Shown one piece after another: positions 1-10,530 of a stretch of 32,000 bases of DNA (positions within the stretch are counted from its first letter, which is position 1; every line of letters starts with the position of its first letter). A program made the translations under genes and the position numbers. The notes beneath the pieces are model-generated. The model saw only the letters and a list, made by a program, of their open reading frames with translations. It was not told where the DNA came from and did no database searches. This DNA comes from Candidatus Saccharimonadota bacterium (GTDB taxonomy: Bacteria; Patescibacteriota; Gracilibacteria; BD1-5; UBA6164). The stretch spans positions 630,001 through 662,000 of the forward strand of contig OY782392.1 in assembly GCA_963677765.1 (NCBI GenBank), given 5' to 3'.

Positions 1-2
1 AA

Positions 3-800
3 ATAGAATGAATAACTACAGCATCATGACAAACTGATATTTTTAATATATCAAGAGAAAATATTAAAATAGATTTTGATGATAATAAAGCAGAAAATAA
101 TTCATACAATATACTAGTAGATGACTTCAAAAATAATTGAACCTGAACAGTTATGCTGTGAAATCTAGAAACAATAAATTGAAAACAAGAATTAGATATA
201 AACTGGATAGAAGTATTAAACAATAGCAATACTGCAGTAATATATTCAAAAGATTTAGACAATGATGGAATACAAGAAACAATAGAAAATCTTAAAGCAA
301 TACTAGATTATAGTATAGAACCAGAACCAGAAATCTTATCATGAAATATAAGCTGAAAAATATGACTATATCTACCACAAGAAATATGCAAAAAGATATG
401 AAATAAAAATTGTAGTCAAATAGTAAAACAACTAGAAAAAGAAATACTAAACAAAACTACAAAACTAATATTAGAAAAACAAGAAGAGTTAGAAGATGAA
501 ATAGAATGAAATAATAAAAACAAAAATAAAGATAAAAAACAAAATAAAAAATTAAAAGATAAAAACAAAGAAGAAAAACAATATATAGAACTAGATAATA
601 AATGAAACTATAAAATAGTAGATTTAGAACCATGAATTTATAAACTAAGTTTAGAATTAAAGAAGTGATGGATTACAAAAACTCCACAAACTTGATACTA
701 TATTCTAGAAATAACTAATTGAGAAAATTATATAGATAAAGATTTTCAGGTTATAAATAAACTTCTAGAACAATTAATTAAGAATTTAAAAATTAAATAA
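3..800 (+). CDS. hypothetical protein, C-terminal part (5' end lies outside the window); K/N/E-rich low-complexity stretch around 480-600
   Basis: The frame starting at position 3 has no TAA/TAG until TAA 798-800 once about 16 in-frame TGA are read as Gly. No family recognised. Confidence 0.6.
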
Positions 801-819
801 TATATAATAATAAAAAATT

Positions 820-1269
820 ATGAAAGAAAAAATTAAAAATATAGTTAAGAATAGATATTTTAAAATAATAGTTTTTGTATTATTATGATTATTTATACTT
901 AGAGAATCATATGCGGTTTATATAGATATGTATAACTTTAAACAATTAGAAAAAGCTAAACCATATTTAGAAACAATAGATAAAAATACAAAAAAATTTT
1001 ATAGTTTAAAAGAATTTAATGTAATATATAGTGCTTGAATTAAACCAATTAGAAATTGTTATGATGTTAGTAATTACAATTGAAATGAAAAATATATTTT
1101 TTGATTTAAATTAGAGTCATTAATATATATATATATATATAAAACAAAATATTATGCATATCCTAAATATGATGCTCCATATAGAAATTGGTGTGAAGTA
1201 TGATTAGGTTGTTATGATAAAAATAAAGAAATATTTGAAAGAGTTATATCAAATCCATGTGAAAATTAA
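820..1269 (+). CDS. small exported/membrane-anchored Cys-containing protein, paralog 1 of 3 (149 aa), intact
   Basis: ATG 820 to TAA 1267-1269. N-terminal basic stretch plus hydrophobic segment (KIIVFVLLGLFIL). Four Cys (NCY, WCEV, GCY, NPC). The in-frame (TA)n tract encodes IYIYIY. Five TGA read as Gly. Confidence 0.75.
1123..1141. repeat. (AT/TA) dinucleotide tract, about 9 units, inside paralog 1, in frame
   Basis: Read directly: taa-tatatatatatatatata-aaac. Confidence 0.95.
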
Positions 1270-1278
1270 ATAAAAATT

Positions 1279-1765
1279 ATGAAAGAAAAAATGAAAAATA
1301 TAGTTAAGAATAGATATTTCAGAATAATAATTAAATTTTTTATATGATTTTTATTATTATTAATATTGAGTTTTATATTAGTTGCTATATATAGTTTTAC
1401 ATTTGAAAAAGATAAGATAGCAATAGATAGATATAATTTTGAACAGTTAGAAAAATCTAAACCTATACTAGAATCAATACCAGAAACTGATAAAAATTTT
1501 TATAGTTTAAAAGAGTTTAATCAAAAATATAGTGCTGATATACAACCAATTAAAAATTGTTATTATATAAGAAATTATAATTGAGATGAAAAGTATATAT
1601 TTTGATTTAAACTAGAGTCATTAATATATATATATATATAGAACAAATTTATTTGCATATCCTAAATATGATTTACCTTTTGTTCCAATGTATTATTCAG
1701 GTTGACCTTGAGATAGAAATAAATCTAAATTTAAGTATACAATTTCAAATCCATGTATAGATTAA
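1279..1765 (+). pseudogene. paralog 2 of the same family, frameshifted at its (TA)n tract (phase-OFF copy, pseudogene or assembly slip)
   Basis: The ATG 1279 frame hits TAG 1639-1641 right after the TA tract. The conserved C-terminal part (FAYPKYDLP...ISNPCID, TAA 1763-1765) continues in the +1 frame. Adding one TA unit restores a full-length reading frame. Confidence 0.75.
1624..1640. repeat. (AT/TA) dinucleotide tract, about 8.5 units, inside paralog 2; its length puts the downstream part out of frame
   Basis: Read directly: tta-atatatatatatatata-gaac. The tract-plus-linker is 2 nt shorter than in paralogs 1 and 3. Confidence 0.95.
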
Positions 1766-1780
1766 TAATAAATAAATTAG

Positions 1781-1993
1781 AACAAAATAGATATATATCC
1801 AAATCAAACAATAATTGAATTAATTTGAGAATGAAACCCTACAGTACAAACAAGTAATTGAACAAGAAGTAAAGACTGAACAGTTAGGTATGGAAGAAAT
1901 ATAAAAGCTACTATACCTCCAATATGAGAAACAAGAATAATAGAATTTAAAATAAATTGAGAATCATGATTTTTTACTATTATAAGGGAATAG
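1781..1993 (+). CDS. orphan open frame of about 70 codons with no ATG/GTG/TTG start (possible gene remnant or non-canonical start)
   Basis: No TAA/TAG between TAG 1778-1780 and TAG 1991-1993. This is unlikely by chance in such AT-rich DNA. Seven TGA read as Gly. The translation looks protein-like (DIYPNQTIIELIGEGNPTVQTSNGTRSKDGTVRYGRNIKATIPPIGETRIIEFKINGESGFFTIIRE). Confidence 0.3.
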
Positions 1994-2018
1994 ATTATAT
2001 ATAATTAAGATTTAAAAA

Positions 2019-2459
2019 ATGAAAAATATAGTTAATAATAAATATTTTAAGATAATGATTTTTGTATTATTATGATTATTTATACTTAGAGAATCATATG
2101 CGGTTTATATAGATATGTATAACTTTAAACAATTAGAAAAAGCTAAACTATATTTAGAAACAATAGATAAAAATACAAAAGATTTTTTTAACTTAAAACA
2201 ATTTAATGAAAGATATAATGCTTGAATTAAGCCTATTAAAAATTGTTATGATGTTAGTAATTATAATTGAAAATATCCATATGTATTTTGATTTAAATTA
2301 GAGTCATTAATATATATATATATATATATAAAAAGTTATTTTGTATATCCTGGTTATGATGCTCCTATACAAATCTTTTGTGGCTGAGGATCAGAATGTA
2401 CAGAGGATGTAAATAGAAAAATATTTGAAAGAGTTATATCAAATCCATGTGAAGAATAA
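2019..2459 (+). CDS. small exported Cys-containing protein, paralog 3 of 3 (146 aa), intact
   Basis: ATG 2019 to TAA 2457-2459. Positions 2059-2148 are identical to 872-961 of paralog 1. The in-frame TA tract encodes IYIYIYI. C-terminal ERVISNPCEE matches paralog 1. Confidence 0.75.
2310..2330. repeat. (AT/TA) dinucleotide tract, about 10.5 units, inside paralog 3, in frame
   Basis: Read directly: tta-atatatatatatatatatata-aaaag. Confidence 0.95.
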
Positions 2460-2470
2460 CACAAATAAAA

Positions 2471-2505
2471 AGTTAGACAATTTATAAATTGTCTAACTTT
2501 TTTTC
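2471..2505. terminator. bidirectional rho-independent terminator between convergent genes
   Basis: Perfect hairpin agttagacaattt / aaattgtctaact, with an A-run on the left and a T-run on the right. Confidence 0.7.
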
Positions 2506-2670
2506 TAACTCAATTATTTCTTGTTTTTCTTTTTCCATTTCTCAAGATAACTTAGCTTCTTCTAGTTTTCTCTTTGCTTCCTCTTGTTTTTTCTTCATAT
2601 CTTTTATATATTTTCTTACTTGAGATTTTGTCATTTTTGGATTTGATCATTTTGGAGCAAGTTCGTTCAT
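2482..2670 (-). CDS. small K/E-rich coiled-coil protein (62 aa), hypothetical
   Basis: ATG at 2670 to TAA (complement of 2482-2484), 63 codons, 2 TGA. Lies 42 nt downstream of recR on the same strand. No family recognised. Confidence 0.45.
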
Positions 2671-2712
2671 ATTTATTTTATTAAATATTAATTTTAGTAC
2701 TTTAAATATATT

Positions 2713-3321
2713 TTATATTTCTTTTCTTTCTTTTATTGCATTAAGTAGTGTAATATTATCAGCATATTCAATATATCAACTAGATAATCATCTAGATAGC
2801 CTAGTTATTTTTGTTTTGTATTTTAATTTTCTTTTTTCTATTTCTTCTATTATGTAATTACTTGTAGCTTCTCATTCTATATTTGGGTTTGTAGCTAGTA
2901 TTAATTCTATATTTTCATCAGATTCTATAATTCTTTTAAATAATTCTTCAAATTTTAAATCTCATATAAATACTCAATTAATTGGGGATATAGCTCATCA
3001 TAAGACATGATATACTCATTTATATCATCATGCTTCCTCAATAGTTAACATATCTAAATATTCTTCAACTATAGCTATTGTAGTATGCTCTCTATTTCAA
3101 GATTTACAAATATTACATTTTGATTGTCATTTATCGCATAGGGAGTTACATACTTCACAAAAAGCTATGTTATCTTTTATGTTTATTAGGTTATCTGATA
3201 AATTTTCTATATAGTTTTTATTAGCATTCATTAAGAAAAAAGCTAATTTTGTTGCTGACTTTTCTCATATTCATGGAAGATAACTAATTGCATTAATTAA
3301 TTGTTTTAACGATTCAGGCAT
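2713..3321 (-). CDS. recR: recombination protein RecR
   Basis: Translation with TGA=Gly: MPESLKQLINAISYLPGIGEKSATKLAFFL (HhH), a C4 zinc-finger region (CEVCNSLC...CNIC), and Toprim YHVLGGAISP...ILATNPNIEGEATSNYI...RLSRGLSSGYIEYAD. 202 aa, which is typical. Confidence 0.93.
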
Positions 3322-3353
3322 AATTTATTATAATTTTTAATTTTTTTTATTGT

Positions 3354-3384
3354 AACAAAAAAAGAGTATATATCAATACTCTTT
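3354..3384 (-). terminator. rho-independent terminator after the ftsL-like gene
   Basis: Hairpin aaagagtat / atactcttt followed by a T-run on the minus strand. Confidence 0.6.
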
Positions 3385-3665
3385 TAGTAATTATAAACAT
3401 ATTGTACGTTATCTTTTATAACTAAATAGTCAGGTTCATCTATTTTTTCCATATTTTTTAGTTCTTCATCATTCATTATATTACTTAAACTTTCAAGTTC
3501 AGCAATTCTTACGTCTAATTGTTCTTTTTCCATTAATAGATTTTGTTTTTCTATTTCTAATTGTCTTATATTATATCATTTTGTAGCATTTACATTTAAT
3601 GTCCAAACATAATATAGTAACAATAATGATATTATAGACAATAGTCCTACGTAAGTTGAAGTCAT
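3384..3665 (-). CDS. FtsL-like cell-division protein (single TM segment plus coiled coil); the start may instead be GTG at 3749
   Basis: Lies immediately downstream of rsmH, as in dcw clusters. MTSTYVGLLSIISLLLLYYVW (TM) is followed by heptad-like QLEIEKQNLLMEKEQLDVRIAELESL. The frame is open upstream to an in-frame GTG (3749), which would add a basic N-terminus. Confidence 0.6.
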
Positions 3666-3786
3666 TCATATATTGAATTTTTCTTTTTCTTTTTTTCTAT
3701 TTGAGAAAAATGATTTTTTAAAGTCTTGTGTTACTATTTTAGATCTCACGGCTACAATACGTTACTGAAATAAATCTGCCTAATGG

Positions 3787-4728
3787 CTATCTTATTTTTT
3801 TTGCAAATCTGGCTTTTGCACTCCTACTTCTAGGGTTTTTGTTTATTTCATCCTCACTAGGGATTATCGGTTTTTTGTTTAATAATTTTAGGCTTTTTTT
3901 ATGATTACAAGAGCATATTATATCACTACATATACAATCTCTTGTTTCTTTTTTAAATATTTGTTTTGTTATTCTATCTTCTAGTGAATGAAAACTTATA
4001 ACAAATATTATTCAGTCTTTTTTTAGTATTTTTATTGCATCATTTAATGCTATTTTTAATGCTTCTAATTCTTGGTTAACTTCTATTCTTAAAGCTTGAA
4101 AAACTCTAGATCTTACTTTTACATTATTTGGAAGTATTTCTGCTAAATCAAAAGTAGTTTTGAATTTTTTTATTTTTCTTTGTTCAATTATTTTACTTGA
4201 GAATTTATTAGCTCAAGGCTCTTCTCAGTATTCTATAATAATTTTTCTAAGTTCGTCTTTAGTATAACTGTTAACAATATCAGCAGCAGTAGCTCATTTT
4301 GATTTGTCTAGTCTCATATCAAGAGGTCAGTCTTTCATAAAACTAAATCATCTATCTGCTTCATCTAAATGAAGACTAGATAATCATAAATCAAAATATA
4401 TTCATGTTATAGAGTAGATTTCTTTTTTTTCTAACTCTTTTTTTAAATTAATAAAATTAGAATTTATTAATATTATTTCTATATTTTTGTTTTTGTTTAT
4501 CTCATTTAATCTTTGTTTGGCTAGTTCTAGGTTTTTTATATCTGCATCGAATCAAATAAAAATATCTCCTAAATTCATTTTTTCTATTATTTTACTAGCA
4601 TGTCATCACATTCATAATGTCATGTCAACAATAACATTTTTTTCATCATTTTTTATTTCGATAGAATCTACTAATTCATCTAATAAAACTGAAATATGTC
4701 TATCTTCAATACTTTTTATATCAGTCAT
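3787..4728 (-). CDS. rsmH: 16S rRNA (cytosine1402-N4)-methyltransferase RsmH (MraW)
   Basis: [79 protein letters not shown]. 313 aa. TAG stop at complement of 3787-3789. Confidence 0.93.
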
Positions 4729-5032
4729 TATTCTTTAAAATGTTAAAAAAATGTTAATTAATTAATAAAAAACTCTATTTATAAGCAAAACTTATATATA
4801 TTTTTATTCTTTTTTTTATATATGTCAAAATATCTATAAATAAATAACTAGACAATTTCTTTAAAATAAGTAGTAGGAAATAAAGCTATTAAATAAGGTT
4901 TTTTAACATTTTATTAACAATGTCTACAATAAAGTAAAGTGTATAAAATGAGTATATAAAAAAAACTTGCATATTATAAAATATTACTAAAATAGTAATG
5001 TTTTATAATTAATTTATTAATTTAAATATAAT

Positions 5033-5773
5033 ATGATTGAAATAAAAGATTTAAAAGTTTGAATTTGAGAGAAAGAAATACTTAGATGAGTTAGTATGAG
5101 TTTTGAAAAATGAAAAAACTATTGTTTATTATGAAAAAACTGAAGTTGAAAATCGACTATTTCATCTTTTTTGATGTGAAATCCAAAATATGAATTGATA
5201 TCAGGTGAAATAAGTATAGATTGAGATGATCTTTTGGAAATGGAGCCAGAAGAAAGATCTAAAGCAGGATTATTTTTGTCTTTTCAAAATGTACCTGAAA
5301 TAAAATGAATTAAACTTTGAGAGTATTTAAGAATTATTACTAATATTTCATTAAAAAATAAAGATAATACTGCGAAAGATTTATCTCCATTTATTTTTAA
5401 AAGATATATAAAACAATACCTAAATGATTTAAATATTGATGAATCATTCTTGGACAGAGATCTAAATGTATGATTTTCATGATGAGAAAAAAGAAAAATA
5501 GAAATATTGCAAATGAAATTAATTTGACCTAAATATATAATTTTAGATGAAATTGATTCATGACTTGATTTGGATGCATTTAGAAGTGTAGCTTCAATGT
5601 TAAAAGAATTAAGTAATGAAAATAATTCTTTAATTATTATAACTCATTATTTTAAAATTCTTGAATATGTTGATGTAGATACGGTTTATGTTATGAAAAA
5701 TTGAGAAATAGTTAAATATTGAGATAAAGAATTAGCATCATATATAAGTAATAATTGATTTGAAGAGTTTTAA
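5033..5773 (+). CDS. sufC: Fe-S cluster assembly ATPase SufC
   Basis: Walker A GKNGSGKST is spelled TGA AAA AAC TGA AGT TGA AAA TCG ACT at 5132-5158. ABC signature FSGGEKRK. Walker B ILDEIDSGLD. By hand count about 19 of 21 Gly codons are TGA. Confidence 0.95.
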
Positions 5774-5797
5774 TTTTTTTAATATTTAAAAATAGTA

Positions 5798-7201
5798 ATG
5801 TCTAATTTAGAAGCAAAAAATATGAGTATATCAGATTCTTGGTCTTTCCAAGATGATATTGTTTATACTAATGAAGCAATTAAATGAATAAATGAAAAAG
5901 TTGTTAGACAAATAAGTTTGTCAAATAATGAGCCAGAATGGATGTTAGAGTTTAGATTAAAAGCTCTAGATGAGTATAATAAGAAATCTTTGCCTTCTTG
6001 GTGACCTGATTTGTCTAATTTAAACTTAGATGAAATTTATTATTTTGCAAAACCTGAATGAGCTTGATCTAAGAAATCATGGGATGAAGTACCAGAAAGT
6101 ATTAAAAATACATTTGATAGATTATGAATTCCTGAGGCTGAAAAAAAATCTTTAGCTTGAGTTTGAGCTCAATATGATAGTGAAGTTGTCTATCATTCTT
6201 TAAAAGAAGAATTAGTTGAAAAATGAGTTATATTTGATGATACTTCAATAGCTTTAAATAAATACCCAGAATTAGTAAAGAAATATTTTTCAAAATGTAT
6301 TCCAATTTATGATCATAAGTTTGCCGCTCTTCATTATGCAGTTTGGTCATGAGGTACTTTTATGTATATACCTTCTTGAGTTAAATTAAATGAGCCTTTA
6401 CAATCATATTTTAGAATGAATAAAAAAAGCTGAGGTCAGTTCGAACACACTATAATTATAGTTGAAGATGATGCAGAAGCTCATTATATAGAATGATGTA
6501 GTGCTCCTAAATATGATGAAGCATCTTTACATGCTGGTTGAGTAGAAATTTTTGTATGAAAAAATTCTAAAATGAGGTATTCTTCGGTAGAGAACTGGAG
6601 TCAAGATACTTATAATCTTAATACAAAAAGAGCTATTGTATGAGAAAATTCATATATGGAATGGGTTTGAGGTAATATGTGAAGTTGAACTACTATGTTA
6701 TATCCTTGTAGTGTATTAGTTTGAGATAATTCAAAAACTGATATGTTGTGAGTTGCTTTTGCTAATAAATGACAAAATCAAGATGTAGGTGCAAAAGTTA
6801 TACATATTTGAAAAAATACTAGTTCAAATATTATATCTAAATCTCTTAGTAAATGAGGATGAATTTCTACTTATAGAGGTTTGGTTGATATAAAACCAGG
6901 TGCTGAAAATTCTATTGCTAAAATAGATTGTGATGCATTACTTCTAGATGAAAAATCAGTAAGTGATACTATACCAAATATTTTGGTTTGAAATAGTAGC
7001 TCAATTGTATGACATGAAGCAAGTGCATGAAAAATAAATGAAGATGACCTTTTTTATTTAAGAAGTAGATGAATTGGTGAGGATGAGGCTACTGCTATGA
7101 TTGTTAATTGATTTATTTCATGAGTAGTTAAAGAATTGCCTTTAGAATATGCTAGTGAGATGAATGTTTTAATTTCTATGGAATTTGAGTGAGGTTTTTA
7201 G
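5798..7201 (+). CDS. sufB: Fe-S cluster assembly protein SufB
   Basis: 467 aa. WMLEFRLKAL, AGVGAQYDSEVVYH, HYAVWSGGTFMYIP, GQFEHTIIIVEDDAEAHYIEGCSAP, HIGKNTSSNIISKS, GHEASAGKINEDDLFYLRSRGI. TAG stop at 7199-7201. Confidence 0.95.
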
Positions 7202-7217
7202 TTATTAATAATAATAT

Positions 7218-7613
7218 ATGAAACTAGATAAGTCTACAGTACTTGATCTTATAAACAGAAAAATTAAAAAAATATTTATATATTTTTATGATGCTTGATG
7301 TAGTGGACAAAAAATTAATATATCAGAAGATTTTGAAATAACTGAAGATATGAAAAAATTGGATTTAAGTACTAGTCCATTTGATGTTTATGTACAAAAA
7401 AAGGATTATGAAAAATTTAATTGATCAATTATAACTAGAACTTTAGTTGCTGATCATACTTGAAAAGAAAAAATACGTTATATATTTTCAAGTCAAAAAG
7501 TTAAAGATAGATGTGGTTGTTGAAGTAGTTTTAGTTTTGAAAAGAAAAAGCCAAAATTAAATCTACAAAACTTAAAAACTTTAAAGAAAAATTTTAAAAA
7601 TAATAATAATTAA
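7218..7613 (+). CDS. sufA: HesB/IscA/SufA-family Fe-S cluster carrier
   Basis: N-terminal DAGCSGQKI and C-terminal CGCGSSF signature (the three-Cys pattern of A-type carriers). 131 aa. Confidence 0.8.
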
Positions 7614-7615
7614 TA

Positions 7616-8308
7616 ATGATAATTAAGGAAAATTGATTTTATATGCTTTCTAATATCTCAAGTTGAGAAATAAGAGTATGAGAGTGAGTTGTAGCATATT
7701 TTTTTGATGATTGAAAAAATAATGTTGATGTTTATTTATGAAAAAACTCTTATGTAGAATTTTATTGACTATTAAACTCTGAAAATAATCATAATATATC
7801 TTTTTATCAAAATGAATTTTATTCAAAATTAAAAGTTAATTATTTATTAATGTCTTTTGCTAATTCAATAAAATCAAAAATATATTCTAAAACTAGTTCT
7901 GATAATTCAGAAGTTGATATAAAAATATTGTCATTAGTTTGAGATAATTGAAATATTGATATAGATGGTGTAGTAGAAATAGATGAGTGATATAAAAAAA
8001 TAAAATGACATTTATTAGAAGAAAATATTTTCCTAGCTAGTACTTGAAAAATTAGGGGAGTCCCTACATTATTAGTTAGAAGTGATGATGTTGAAGCAAG
8101 TCATGCTTGTAAAATAGAAAGAATAAACGATGATGAACTCTTTTATCTTAGAAGTAGATGATTAAATAGGAATGATTCTTTAAATATAATTCTTGAGTCT
8201 AAAATAAAAGTTATATTTAGTTGTTTATCAATGATTGATAAGTGATTTCATCAAGAATTATTAGAATCTATAATAAATTTATTAACTGAAAAAATGACTA
8301 ACAATTAA
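7616..8308 (+). CDS. sufD: SufD-like protein, short form (230 aa, SufB/D C-terminal beta-helix region only)
   Basis: GVPTLLVRSDDVEASHACKIERINDDELFYLRSRGL parallels the SufB segment in the upstream gene. Only about half the usual SufD length. Confidence 0.75.
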
Positions 8309-8389
8309 TTGATTTATTAGATAAAAATAATATACTTTTAAGCATGTTAATTTTACCTTTTTTATATTACTTTATTACTAAGATAACTT

Positions 8390-8929
8390 ATGAAAAAAAT
8401 TATTAATTTTGTTAGTTTTTTATTGATATCTTTATTATTTTCATCAAATATATATGCAGATGAATTAATTGAATGATCTAATACTTGAGTAGTTAATATT
8501 ACTACTACTTCTTTAGAAACAAGTACATGATCTATTGATCAAAAAACAGAAACAAGTTATGTTTATTATTATTGACAATGATGTTGATATTGTGCAAATG
8601 TTGATAAATATATGACAAAAGTTAATTGATGGGATGTTTTAAATATAGTTAAAAAAGAAGTTTGGTCTAATGATGAAAATAGAGAATCTATGATGTCAGA
8701 TGCACAAAGATTGGGTATTGATACATCAGATATATGAGTTCCTTTTTTAGTTATAAATAACTGATGAGAAGAATCTTATTTAATTTGAGATAAGCCAGTA
8801 ATAGAACATTTTACTCCTATATTATGAGAAGCCCCAAAAAATAATAATATAGCATTAGTTTTAGCTGTATTAGCAGTTTTAGCTGTTATTTTACCAGTAT
8901 TTTTAATAAAATTATCAAGTAAAAATTAA
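8390..8929 (+). CDS. exported thioredoxin-fold thiol:disulfide oxidoreductase (CGYC active site) with a C-terminal membrane anchor
   Basis: Signal-like N-terminus MKKIINFVSFLLISLLFSSNIYA. YYYGQGCGYCANV CXXC motif. C-terminal hydrophobic ALVLAVLAVLAVILPVFLI. Confidence 0.7.
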
Positions 8930-8930
8930 T

Positions 8931-9716
8931 ATGAAAAAACTATTTCTAATAATTGGTTTGTTTTTCATGTTAGCTTGATATACTTTTGCATCATGAGATG
9001 TTGATACTGTGGTTAACATGTGAGATAGATTGAAATTTTTCCTTATTTTAGTTCCAGCTGCATTATGAGATAGTATAAATCCATGTGCTTTTGCTGTAAT
9101 GTTTATATTGCTTTCTTCAATTTTAAAAACTCAACAATCAAGAAAAAAAGTTTTATTAGCTGGTTTTCTTTTTATTCTAGCAGTTTTTATTAGTTATATG
9201 GCAATGTGAATTGGTCTTTATAGTGCTTTATCTACAACTAATAGTGTATTTTATTTAAAGCTTGTTGTATGAATACTTTGAGTATTAATATGACTTGCAA
9301 ACTTAAAAGATTATTTTTGGTATTGAAAATATTTTAAAATGGAAGTTCCAGATGCATGGAGACCAAAAATGAGATCTATTTTAAAAAAAGTGGTTAGTCC
9401 TTTTTGAGCATTTATAGTAGGTTTTCTTATATCATTATTTTTATTACCTTGTACATCAGGTCCTTATTTAATGATATTATGATACTTAGCTTCAGAATCT
9501 TCGGCATTAAATTTATGGGGATATATATATATTACTATATATAATCTTATATTTATTATACCAATGGTTGTTATTTCAATATTAGTTGCTTTTTGATTTA
9601 GAAATATTTCTGAATTAAAAGAATATAAGGCATTAAATGTTGAAAGAATGCATTTAATAACATGAGTAATTATGTTGTTAATTTGAATTTATATTTTATT
9701 TGATATTTTGATTTAA
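8931..9716 (+). CDS. ccdA: CcdA/DsbD-family transmembrane thiol-disulfide electron transporter
   Basis: Polytopic membrane protein with the two family Cys motifs, SINPCAFAV and LLPCTSGPY. 261 aa. The start is 2 nt after the thioredoxin-like gene's stop. Confidence 0.8.
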
Positions 9717-9719
9717 TAC

Positions 9720-10115
9720 ATGTATAACGAAACTATTACATTTTATAGTAAAACTCCACCAAATAAAGGTGTTTTAGATAATTATGATGTAAAACATTAT
9801 GAAGATAATGCTGTTTGTTGAGATGATTTAGAAGTATATTTAAAAATAGATGATAACAAAATATCAGATTTTTCTTTTGATTGAGATACTGCAATAATAA
9901 CAACTGCATGTTCATCAATTTTTGGTGAATCAATAATATGAATGAATTTAGATGAAGTATTAAAAAAAGATTTTGATTATGTAGAAGATTTAGTATGAAT
10001 GACTATATCTCCAAGAAGAAGACAAGCAGCAGTTTTATGATTGTTAACAACTATTAATGCTATACATAAATATTTATGAGATGGTATTGTAAATGATTTT
10101 GATGATATAATATAA
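9720..10115 (+). CDS. sufU: NifU/IscU/SufU-like Fe-S scaffold homolog with atypical Cys pattern
   Basis: The NAVCGDDLEVYL motif and overall length (131 aa) fit the family. The second Cys is displaced (TAIITTACSS) and the third (R..C) position reads RRRQAAVLG. Confidence 0.65.
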
Positions 10116-10119
10116 TAAT

Positions 10120-10530
10120 ATGATAAAATTATCTACAAAGTGAGATTATGCTATGAAATCTATTATATATTTACTTAAGAACAAAGATTCTGTTATAAAA
10201 ATTTCAGATATATCTTCTGATTTGAATATATCTGAATCTTTACTTAGAAGAATAATAGCTTCTCTTCATAAATCATGAATTATATATACGAAAAAATGAA
10301 GAAATTGAGGACTTTCTTTATGAAAAGACCCAAAATTTATTAGTGTTTATGATATACTTTTTTCAGTTTGAGAAGAGTTATGAATAAGTGATTGCACTAA
10401 ATGAAATTATTGTGAAAATAAAGATAAATGTTTCACTACTAATATATATTGAAATATTCAAAAATGATTAAATGGTATTTTAAAATTATATACCTTAGAT
10501 AAATTTTTTACAGAAACTAATAATGAATAA
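10120..10530 (+). CDS. Rrf2-family transcriptional regulator (IscR/SufR-like)
   Basis: MIKLSTKGDYAMKSIIYLL...ISDISSDLNISESLLRRIIASLHKSGII (wHTH of Rrf2) plus a Cys cluster, DCTKGNYCENKDKC. 136 aa. Confidence 0.85.

Noticed and set aside
480-600. A-rich periodic stretch (aaaaacaaaaataaagataaaaaacaaaataaaaaattaaaagataaaaacaaagaagaaaaacaa) as a noncoding repeat
   Set aside because: It stays in frame within the first CDS and encodes a K/N/E-rich low-complexity linker. No exact tandem unit was found.
1100-2340. The repeated conserved block plus TA tract, occurring three times, as a possible CRISPR-like or satellite array
   Set aside because: The repeats are about 460 and 690 nt apart and lie inside paralogous protein-coding genes with conserved reading frames. 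There is no short repeat-spacer periodicity.
4729-5032. Expected mraZ upstream of rsmH, or another CDS in this 300-nt gap
   Set aside because: TAA/TAG (or their complements) occur frequently in all six frames, so there is no open frame of useful length. It is treated as a divergent promoter region. I could not pin down a convincing rsmH promoter.
9736-9933. Track ORF on the minus strand (65 aa)
   Set aside because: It is antisense to the NifU/SufU-like gene, which has family motifs and correct operon spacing.
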